The notes under the pieces are model-generated. The model searched no databases. It saw only the letters and a list, made by a program, of their open reading frames with translations, and was not told where the DNA came from. A DNA stretch of 64,000 nucleotides from Antechinus flavipes (Eukaryota): positions 75,640,001-75,704,000 of the forward strand of contig NC_067404.1 in the NCBI RefSeq assembly GCF_016432865.1, in the 5' to 3' direction. Made by a program: the position numbers and the translations under genes. Positions 1 to 10,909 of this stretch are shown here, piece by piece; positions within the stretch are counted from its first letter, which is position 1, and the number at the start of each line of letters is the position of its first letter.

Positions 1-120
1 ACAATGTATATACCTTTGATCTGACGATTAGGTTCACAGGTGGATGTCATTAGGGATAAAAGTAAAAAGATCTTATGCTGTGCCAAAAAACCCTTCACCT
101 TAGAGAACATGACAAAAAAG

Positions 121-320
121 GTAGTGCATCACAGTGGATAAAGTACTGGCCCTGACATCAGAGAAATCTGGATTCAAATTCTATATTTGATGCTTATCAG
201 CCATACAGACAGAATCAAGTCCTTTAATCCAATCACTAATTTCATCATTTGTAAAGAGGAGCCAATGCCTGTAGTATCAACCTCACAGGGCTAATGTACC
301 ATTCAAATGACAAACTACAT
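121..320 (+). mobile_element. MIR/CORE-SINE, degraded
   Basis: CAGTGGATAAAGTACTGGCCCTG...CTGGATTCAAATTC and TTCATCATTTGTAAA...ACCTCACAGGG resemble the MIR consensus; boundaries approximate. Confidence 0.6.
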
Positions 321-554
321 ATCAGATAACATGTTACAGAACTTTAAAGCTGGCACATGTGTGGAAATATAGATAGATCCATCAGATAGCATTATATATT
401 AATTCACAAACCTCAGAAATCTGTAGGTCATGATTAGATTTTGAATTTAAACTTCACCAAAGAGTTCTTAACACATATGGAACTAAAGAAGTCATATGTG
501 TCTGTAGGTATTGGTAACTGAAATTCTAAGAATAATTGCAGGTACCATCTACAC

Positions 555-755
555 AGCACTTTAAGGCTTGCCATTATCTCATTTGATCCTCACAACTCTA
601 TAATGTAGATGCTGTTATTATCCTCATTTTACAGAGGAGGAAACTGAGGGTGAAATAGGTCAAGTGACTAATCCAGTCACACAATTAGCAAGGACTTGAA
701 ATTAGGTGTTCCTAATTACCAGGTCTGGCACTAGCACTTTATCTGCCACACCACT
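555..755 (-). mobile_element. MIR/CORE-SINE
   Basis: CTCATTTGATCCTCACAAC...TATCCTCATTTTACAGAGGAGGAAACTGAGG is the reverse-orientation MIR core. Confidence 0.65.
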
Positions 756-2225
756 TAGGGACTGTTATATGTTCAATCCCTAAAAGTTAGCTTAAGGAAT
801 TTTTGGAAAGGCACGGAAAGCAAAGGGAATTTAATTTAGCATTTCATAGTATCATTTTTTATCACCAAAGTCTAGGAAGATACCCAGCATAGGGGGTGGG
901 GAACCACAAATATATTATGTATGATAGCCTTTTCTTCTCTTCTTGCTTCATAGAAATATTTGCACATTCTCATATTGTTCAAAAACTAAATATAAATGTA
1001 AGGGGGGAAGAGGATAGTCCATTAAAATAAAGCAGATAAAATAAAAGCCGAAGTCTGAGGGCCACTCAGCCACTCCTACCCTCTACTGATCTAAAACCAA
1101 ATGTGTGCCAGAGCAATTTCAACTGAAGGCTGCCCACTAGAATGCCTTCTAAATTCCTCTAGCAACTTAGATACATATGGGGTTCTCCTCAGGGGGCAAA
1201 ATGGTTTTACTATAAGTTTTCCAATAGAGATACCATGAGAGGGGGAAAAGGGGGGAGAGCTTATCAAAGGAATATAGGGAATATTTTGATTGAATTTTTT
1301 TAAAAAACTGATTCCTAATCAATGAAGCGACAAATTTTTTGATGTACCCTTGGAAAAGTACTCCTTACTAAACATTCTCATAAGGTTTTATATTTAGAAA
1401 TTCTTAAATATTTTATTATACTTCTAAATTAATCTGCTTTAAGTACATATGTATAGTAGAGCCTACAATGTATTGCCTTCATTTGTTAAGTCAGGAAGGG
1501 AAAGTCACTTTGATCTCCCAGCCTTAGTTTGCACCTTTTACAACTATAGAATTCTCCAGGACTCAATTCTCACCCACCATTATTTCTAGTCCAGCCTCAA
1601 ATGGAGCTTGTTCTGGGGAACAAGAGTCTTAAAAAGAAGATCTCCCTCATTACCCCTCCCCCTCATCTCAGCAGGGGCTCGAGGTTGGGGGCCCCGGGTT
1701 CAAAGCGTGCCTCTGCACTTTATGACTTTTGAGGAGGCGGGACTGAGAATTCTTTTAAAATGATTTTGCTTAGATCGTTTTCACGTATTTGTGACACTCA
1801 AAGCCAGGAATCTGAGAAACGGTCAGGGGGCCGATGCTGCCAAAAGGCTGAGTAGCCCTAGCTTACTACCCACTCCTCACTCTGCCGAGGAGGGAACAGA
1901 GGCTCCGGGGGGGCCAGTCCAAGGAGACACAAGTATTAAGGAGTTGAGGAGAGAATCGAACTCGCGTCCTGAGACTCAGAGTTCAACGTTTCTCATTGAA
2001 CCACACCGCGTCCCTATTTGGGAGTTGCCCCTTTCCTTAATCTCAGTTTCTTTAAGTGGCAAGTGAGGGGAGTGAAAACAATCGCCTCCGGGGTCCCTTC
2101 AGTTCCTAAACCCATTCCAATTTTCTTCCCGGCTCCCCGCCCCGCCCCCTCTGTTTCTCCTCACAGAAAACAAATAGCTCTGACTCCCAGGGGCTACGGG
2201 TCGGAACCCGTCCTGGTCCACTCAC

Positions 2226-2360
2226 CGATCCCAAATCCAGAAAGATAAACGCCGACAAACGCAGAAACGATCCCGACTAACGTCGAGACCGCTTAGCAGC
2301 CAAACAAACGCCCCACAGGCGACGACGACTTGACGACGACGACGACGGCAGGAAGCGCAA
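2226..2360 (-). other. Putative non-coding first exon of a divergent gene running off the left end (TAF7L expected by synteny)
   Basis: Minus-strand donor CG|GTGAGT at 2225-2220 at the edge of the CpG island; (GTC)n tract; no downstream coding exon recognised in 1-2220, so identity rests on synteny only. Confidence 0.45.
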
Positions 2361-2760
2361 CGCCCGAGGATCTGGGCGGGCACCGGAAATGTTCGGCGGC
2401 CCCGCCCCCTCGCTTCGCGAGCTCTGGGCGGGGTTCCGAGTGGAGGGTTACCCAGAGCGAGGCAGCGGAAGTGAGGCGGGGTCGGGGAGGCTGCGGGAAG
2501 GCGGGATTTTCGCAGGTGCTGCAGTAGGGCGGTTCGCGAGTCTCCCTCCCTTCCTCTTCTCCCTCTCTTCCTCCCTCCTTCGTCGTGTGGGCGAGGCGAG
2601 GTCAGGGCTTGGGGAACACGCGCTCGGCTTTAGGACAAAGGTAGGGGTGGCCGCGGTGAGGGGATTTGGAGGGGGGGGTGCCAGATGTGAGCAGCTGAGG
2701 AGGGCCGGAAGTGAGCCGGCCTAAAGCCCTGCCCTCTTTAAGCGTCCCTAACGGTCTCCC
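2230..2760. promoter_or_regulatory. CpG-island (probably bidirectional) promoter
   Basis: Very high CpG/GC content; ETS/GABP motifs CCGGAAAT 2383, GCGGAAGTG 2465, CCGGAAGTG 2705; GC boxes; no TATA. Confidence 0.8.
2470..2640 (+). other. Putative first (5' UTR) exon of the NIPA-like gene
   Basis: Donor AAG|GTAGGG at 2640/2641 inside the CpG island; TSS position is a guess. Confidence 0.5.
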
Positions 2761-4321
2761 ATTACAATTTTTTTTTTTTATTTGTATTTTCCCCTCCTCG
2801 TTTAAAAAAAAAAATCGGTGTTACCAGGGATGATTCACTGGGGTGGGATGTCTTAGAAAATTAAGATAAAAAAATTTTTTAAGGAAAAAAAAATCTTATG
2901 CTGCCCCTTTCGACACAGGGCCCTGCCTTAATGCTTCAGCAGCTTCCACTGAGAGAACAGAATTGAGCTGGGTGGAAACACAGCCCTTCGCTGAGCCCCC
3001 CCCACCTCAAAGAAGTTCCTCAGCTTGAAAGAAAATTACCCTCCGATAACCTGTCCTAAAATATATTTTAAATATATATGTATGCACATACAATATTTTA
3101 GACATTTTATTACAATATAAATAATTTATATAAAAATTATTTTTATTTTATAAAATGTTATTTTATTACAGTTAAATAACATGTAAATTATTTTATTTTA
3201 TAAATAAGATATTTTGTTATTACAATATAAATAATTTTATATATAAATATACATACATATACACACACATATTTATTTTGAGAGAGAGAGAATGAATGAA
3301 TGAATCTTCCCCCAGGATTCAGTTTCCCACCTCTCTAGGCAGGCAGCCTTTCATTCTCCAAACAGAATGTTTTCCCTCTTTTCCACCAAATGGGCATTGG
3401 ATGAGATTTGGTGTCCCAAGCACTGGTTTTTAGGGTGCAGGCATGAAAGATATCACTGCATTCTAATTGGGAAAATAAAACCTAAAGGTGGGAAAGGACA
3501 GTGGAACTGTGCTACATGGAGGAGTGAGTAATGTGACTAAAGAAAATGTAGGAGATTTTATTGGTTCGTTTTTATAATCTGTATCTTTAGAGTAACATTT
3601 AATCAATGGAATTTTTTGTTTTAATTAAGTTTTTATTGCTATCTTTTGTTTTTTATATCACTATAATTTACCTGTCATCCCCCCTCCCAGAGAACCAGCT
3701 CATGTAATACTGTATTTAAGAAAAAATTAAAAAGGACTCAATAACTGATCAATACAACAAAAATAAGGCTTGAAAATATGGGCAAAAGTACAGCATTTGT
3801 GGACTTCCTACTTCTGCAAAGGAGTGGGTATCTTCTCATATTTCTTCTTTAAACTCATGCCTGTTCTTTATAATTTTGCAACTAAAATTAGGGGTTTTGT
3901 TTTAAATTTTAATTTTAGTTACATTTGGAATGTTGTTATTCTGGTGGGGAAAAATCTTATGATTTTATATTCAATAAATGTTTATCTTTTTTTTTTTTAA
4001 ATTGTCTCGATTTTCACCCCCAGCAAAATGTGTTGTGTGACCCTTTGGTGTTAAGTGAATGATAAAGAAGATGCATGTAGTAGAAAATCAAAGAAGGATT
4101 ATTTACAGCTATATTAGAACTTGAGAAATGGGCAGAACTAATACAGGTGAGAAAATGAGTGAAAGAATATATAAATTTGAACATAGTTATGGGGTTAAGA
4201 ATGGAAAATTAAGAGAAGAAGAGAGGGGAATTGGGATAGGTTAAAACAGACTAAAAATAGAGATTAAGAAAATAAAGACACTGAAACTTGAAATTGGAAG
4301 ATTGCAACTATTTTTTTTTTT

Positions 4322-4445
4322 TGAGGGGCAATTGGAATTAAGCGACTTGTCCAGGATCACACAGCTAGTAAGTGTTAAGTGTCTGAGGCTGTATTTGAAC
4401 TCAGGTCCTCCTGACTCCAGGTCTGGTACTCTATCCACTGTGCCC
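4322..4445 (-). mobile_element. WSINE1-like marsupial SINE
   Basis: T-tail then GACTTGTCCAGGATCACACAGCTAGTAAGTGTTAAGTGTCTGAGGCTGTATTTGAACTCAGGTCCTCCTGACTCCAGG. Confidence 0.7.
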
Positions 4446-5261
4446 AAAAGATTGGAACTATTCCAAGATAGCCATTTTACAAACACTGGCATGTTGGATT
4501 TGTTCTGTTCTGAGTGTTGAACCATATCATTATGAGAGTTACTCTAAATTACTAGAAGCTAAGTCCCAAAGTAGGACTGATGAATAGATATCCATCTGTG
4601 TACGCATACAGGCATATATACAGTAAGCACATGTAGTGTCTCTTCTGTGTTCTTTAATACAGTGCTCCTGCTGCCTGGAATAAGGGCCTTTGGACTCTTT
4701 TGCCTCCAAAAACTCAGTCTCTTTCATGGTGGCAAGCAGACAGCACATGTGTGGCACTCTCTATTTAAATTGCCTAGTCAGTGCCTTAGTTAAGAAATGC
4801 TTATGGATGAGGAGGAGGACAATGTGCTAGTTAGTTTGCCTGTCTGAAAAATCAACTTTAAAAACACACTACAGCATTTTAATCTTTTCAGGCTGCTTAA
4901 ACAAACTTAAAACATTTAAACAACTTCAAGGAAAAAGCCAGCCGCCCGTCTGTTGTTCAGGGATGAAATAATAAGGTGATATGCACAAGAACAAGGGTTA
5001 AAGTTAATGTAGTTTAATTATCTTAGTAAAAATCAAATGGTCACAGTGAAGAATAAAATTACTCAATTTGGTGAACTGTCTGAAGTCATCAAGACTTTTT
5101 CTAGCCTGCCAATTTGAGAAGTGTTGTCCCTCAGAAGGAGGAATCTTAGGCATCTGAGATCTTCATGAATCCACAGTGTAAATGCTGAACTTGGTCAAAG
5201 GGAAAATGTCCTCAAATTTACTTTTTTAAAATCTCAACAGGACCAGTGCTGGCCAGAGACA

Positions 5262-5391
5262 ATGGCTGGCAACCGTAACTTCTATATTGGTCTGACCTTG
5301 GCTCTCTGCTCCAGCATTTTCATTGGTTCGAGCTTCATCCTAAAGAAGAAAGGACTTCTTAAGCTTGCCAGCAGGGGCTCTATGAGAGCAG
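5262..5391 (+). CDS. NIPA2-like coding exon 1
   Basis: Acceptor AG 5239-5240; [43 protein letters not shown]; donor GTATAG 5392. Confidence 0.93.
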
Positions 5392-8300
5392 GTATAGCAA
5401 ACTCTATATTCCTGAGTTGACATGTCAGAATTCTCCTTTCTTTTTTGGACTGAAAAGATAGGTGGTGTTAATATAGAAAGGAGGCTAAATGGGACTCTTT
5501 AGGTATTGTTATTGCTAATTGACTATCAGAAAAGGTTGAAATTAATTCAAAGATACATTTTAGGAATGTCACTGAATTTGATTTATCTTTATCCATGATA
5601 ATGGAGGAAAGGGATAACTGGTGGGCATTGGATGTACTTTCTGGTTTGGAGAAGACCTGAGCTTTTGAAGGCACTGTGCTGAAGATACAGCAGTTACTCT
5701 GTACATCTCTAAGAAAAAGTCATTTAAGGAGAAGTTAATAGGTTCAGATTTTAAAAGCTTATTCCATTCAAATTCTTTTGTTCTGGGTTCATGCTCAGAA
5801 GTTGCATAGTATAGACCAGAATTAGGTTGTATTTGCTTCAGCTCTTGCCCATCGGTATGTGCTGTGCCCAGATCCAAAGCCCACTTCCTGAGGCAGAGTT
5901 TCCCCTCTCTGGATGTGTTCCCCTCTCTGCCACAGGTTTTGGGTTCTGTGGGTATCTTCTGCAGAAGAACTGTGCAAGCTCTGTTCAAAATGCTCAGTCT
6001 TTGAGGGGCTAAAAAAGAAAAACCTTTAGGAAGTTAGCAGGAGGAACCCTCCAAATTATAGCAGGTCAGGAAGAAAGGGAAAATTGTCTTTTTGTCCAAA
6101 GAAAACTGCTCCAGTTGGATTATTGCTCTCCTTTATTCCAGTGCTTTAGATCTGGTAGCTTGATAATTTCTCTTCCTTTTTTCAGGTCATGGTGGCCATG
6201 CATACCTAAAGGAGTGGCTGTGGTGGGCTGGACTAATATCCAGTAAGTCTTCTGGTTTGTTCATGAAATTGCAGCCTGAAAGATAAATAGCAAAACGAGA
6301 CAACCAGTTCTTTTAGAGTAAGCTGGAAAGATAACCATTCTGCATGATGCTTGTAAAACAGGTTTTTCCATTGTAATCCTATCAACCAATTGTATTCTGG
6401 TAAAAAAATATATATGTCAATGTGCCTAACAGATTTTTGATCACACCATAACTTGGTCTAGCATAGACTAACAGGCCCTCATGAGTTTCTCTTTTGCTTC
6501 CAAAAGAATATTTCTTTTCCTACATCATGAACACTAAAATGCATAAGTATACCCACACATTGTCACACAGGTAGAGACACATCTTCACTCCCCTTTCCCA
6601 TGTGAGAAGCCTCTCAGGTGTCTTCCTATCCTAGCTCCTTGTCCATTTTCCAAGTAGACAAATTCATGGCAGGGGCAACGTTGCTTCTGGGGCCTTGACT
6701 TAACGTTACAGTGCTTGGGCCTCTCACCACTTACAGATGACTTTCTAGGAGAGCTGTACAAAACAGTGACATTCAGGGGACAAGTATTAGCATGAAACAA
6801 AGATTACCCTAGTGTTTAACACTTGCAGGTGCTCAAGGGCCTTGAATGAAAATCCTGATTCTTCAGACTTTTGCTCCAGTAGAATGGTCTTGTAATCACA
6901 GCAAAATGAAATGCTTATTACCTCCTGTTAGTTCTGCTAAACTTATTTTAATATTTAATCAGATCATCCACGTTTATTTTATAGTACATTTTGAATTAGG
7001 GTGTAATACTTAATCCTTGCTTCCTAGAATTATACACCCAATTTGCCAGGGTAGCCATCAGTTACTGGTACAGGATCCTAATTTCACTCCTGCTCAAGGA
7101 TTTATGATATCAAGGAACAAGTTACATAGAAGAACAAGGTAAAGAAGAGTTTGTTAAGCAAACACATGTAAGAGCTCAAGACTTTGCATTAGGTAGGCTT
7201 GACTTGAATGGTTGAATGAATGAACAAATAAATAAATGAAGCACTTTTGAAGCATTTACCATGTACTAAATACTGAGCTAAGCCCTGGGATTACAAATAG
7301 AATAGTCACACAATCCACAGTCCTCTTAGGGAGCTCACATTCTAATGGGGGGGGGGGAGGGGAAACAACCCATTTAGAAAGTTTCCACTACCAGTGGGAT
7401 GGAAAGGTCCTAGGGTATGTGGCAAAGCACATGGTTCGGTCTCTTCTTTAATAATATTTCTACTGTTAAAATCATATCAGTTTCTGATGTTGAACCGTCA
7501 GACAGGGCCAAGGATTTTGGTCCAAGAATTTCCTTTTCTACATCTTCAGTAACTTTGTCTATAGCATCCGCTAGAGCAGTGAGTGGGCTGCTTCTCCACG
7601 GGAGTTGCTGCCCAGGGTTGATAGCTGAGGGCTCTGGGCTCGAACAGGTGCTATTCCCGAGGTTCTTGGGCCCAGGGCTCTGGGCTATCACCATTGGGAT
7701 CTGAGGGGAGATGGTGGTGATGGTGGGGATTTCACTTTTCTGGCACATGCTGCCTCCTGTTTTTCCCTCAGGGTACCTGACTGCTTCAGCTAGGCTGGCT
7801 TGCCTGTTCTGTGTGTAAGAGGTGGTGGGGCTGGCTGGCCCCTTTTCCACAGGAGTTGCTTCCCCAGATGATGGCAGGACCAGTGGTCTGGGAGCCACTC
7901 CTAGGGCTCCCGTGCTTATCCGCCTGTTGGTGGCAGTTGGTCAGCAATTGTTGGTGGTGGTGATGAGGAAGGTGGGACCCTTCTCCACGATGATTTCTCC
8001 CCTCCATGTGGCTGTGGGGGCTGGGCTGGTAGCAGATCTGGTGGTGTGGGGGGCACTGCTTTTCCTAAAGTTCTTGGGTTCAGGGTCCCAGACTGTCCCC
8101 ATCAAGATCTGGCGAGAGATGGCAGTCACCCTGTAGTTGCCGTAGATAATGACATTGTACTTAGGCTAAGTTTTCTTTGTAATGAAGATTATTTTTCTAA
8201 CCAGGAAAGTTGCTTCTCCTTTGCAGTGGGAATCGGAGAAGCTGCCAATTTTGCTGCGTATGCTTTTGCCCCAGCCACACTAGTAACGCCCTTGGGTGCA

Positions 8301-10862
8301 CTGAGTGTGTTAGTCAGGTAAGCAATATTTAGGTGCTTGATTTGAGTCTGTGTCCTAGCAACATGAAGTGATGATGTATTATTGTTCAAAATATTTTACT
8401 CCATTTTTCCAATATTCTTGTTCTCTTATATTCTTTTCCTAAACTTTAGTGATTGGACTTGGTTTCACTTCCTAGGAGGAAAAAAAAATTGTTTCCCTTA
8501 ACTATCTAATTTGGGGGGAAAGTTTCATTTTGGAATTACTGGAGTCTACTTTTGTGATGAATTCTTTTTTGTGAACAGAGAAGACTGTTTTCTTCCTGCC
8601 CCTCCAACCATGACCCAGCTTGACTGGGTTTTATATATCTTGCTATGTCCTCTCCTGGTTCTTCTTTTTTTTGTTTTTGTTTTTGTTTTAGGAGCTGCTC
8701 GGTCCAGTTAAATGCTTAGCCATCTCACTCCTGTTGAAGTTTTATATAATAAAAACTCTTACGAATCTTGTTGCTCTTACTGTCCCTCAGTATCCTCCCT
8801 GTCTTGAGCTAGTATGGTATTGATTTATAGATGGAGGTTATTAGTAAAAAATCTCTGCTTAGGTCTTCTTGACATGTTTTATGTTTCCCCTCAGTTCGGT
8901 TTTGTCCTCTTTCTTCTTGAATGAGAAATTGAACATTCACGGGAAGATTGGCTGTATGCTAAGTATTTTGGGCTCAACAATGATGGTGATCCACGTGCCC
9001 CAGGAGGACATGAAACTCACCTTGGCAGAGATGTCTGAGAAGTTGCGAAGTCCAGGTACCAGACGTGGAATTCTAGCATGATTTTGGTTTGACAAAAAGT
9101 TTGGTCAGCATTATAGTTTCTTCTGGCTCCCTTATGGTTTAGGGAGTCCCCATTTTTACACTGTCCCAGTTTGATACTTCAGGCCTATTCCAGTGTCTGG
9201 TTGTGGTACAGAGGTGGCTATGCATTCTCTAGGCTTGTGCAAGCTCTGCTATGATTGGGTTCTAAGCTGAAAAGGCTCCGAATATGATTCTTTTGACAAC
9301 AGTATCTATTGTCTGAGGATTAGCCTTCCTAAATGTAGAGCAGCATCTCCTCAGTTGGATGGCCACTAGTCAATAAAGGCTTTGGACAGGACACCCAATT
9401 TCTTCCATCTTCTACTTCTTACACTTTTTCTAATTCACTAAACTCGCTACTCTCATTACCTGTCTCTGTTTCTGATTATGTTAATCTGAGCATATCTAGC
9501 AATTTCTTGGAAAGTACTATCTTGGAAGACAAGAGATAAGAGGAAATCTCCAACTCTTTCTGGGATAGTATATTTTGTTAACTCTGGGCTTTATTAAACA
9601 CATCTGTGAGTTTCATACTACATGATTGATCATATCAGTAGTTTTTAGCATTTTTATGACATCTCCTGCCTCCCCCTGCCATAATTCACTTTGTGAGAAC
9701 AAACAAGGTTTGGTTTGATCCCTAGAGAAAGAGAAGTTTTGTTTTCCTCCATAAAGTTCAGAGGTAAACTTTCCCATTTGTTTAGTGAATAAAGATGGTA
9801 GCCATAATGCAACTCGGGACCAGGACAAGAGACAGTGGTAGCTAGTTGTGAGGAGGCTGTGGACAGACCATAGCAATGATCTCTGACTGGGATCTTTAGG
9901 GCCCTCCTCCTGGTATTCCTTCAATTTTCATCAGAAAATCAGAACTGCTGCTATAGCACAGGAGGCCAGACAAACACATTGAGACTTACATTTCAGAAGC
10001 AGAGCCAGATCTACTCTTAGCTCTCTGCCCCACCTTCTCTCTGACTCTGCCCTTCTAGGATCTGAGCCAGACAGAGTGGATGGCAAAGGCCATTGTGTCC
10101 AAGCTGGACCTGAAAAAGAATTCCCAGCAGGTGGTAATCTAGCCCTTCCCGAATCCCTTCAGGGAGAGGGAACTCACTCCCTGCATGAGGCCTTTACCCT
10201 CATGGATAAAATTAGTAGCTAGGAAGTTTTTCCCAATATCAAGCTGAAATTTTCCCCTGTCCAGCTTCTACCCACTAATCCTAATTTTTCTATGTGGAAC
10301 CAAAAGAACAAGGCTCATTCCTTTTCTTTATAATCTTGAAACGGCTCTCTGGTTCAACCTTTTACAGTTTTAAGCATTCCCTACTTCCTTCAGCTGATCT
10401 TCATACATCATCTATGAATAGTGAATATTATTTATCTGTAAATATAAATAGTGAACATTTTATCTATCACTAGCCTGCTTACTCTCCTCTCAATATTCTC
10501 TGCTTATCATTGTCCTCCCTAAAATGTAGAATACACAGCAGTGTCCACTGTGGAATTGACCAGGCAGTGATGCTGGAACTTCCCTAATCTCGGACAGAAT
10601 GTCTCTTAATGTACCCCAGTGTTGCATTAGTTTTTTTGGCAGATATTTCAGTTACTCATTGAGCTTGTTGTAATCCACTACACCCTGGGCTTTTTTCAGA
10701 GGCTCTTGTGAATAGCCATTTTGTATTTGTGAACTTGATTTCTCTTAATCCAAATATGAAACCCCATGAATTAAAAATTTATGGAATTATGAAATGGGGT
10801 AGCTGTGCCTGGTAGTTGAAAGTGAGACTGCATTCTCAAATTTTATTTTATTTTTTTTAATC

Positions 10863-10909
<47 letters not shown>

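Noticed and set aside
9613-9989. 103-aa minus ORF and a nearby GTAAGT donor in NIPA intron 4 as upstream exons for the antisense relic
   Set aside because: No KH-like or other motif, and no credible acceptor at the relic; likely chance
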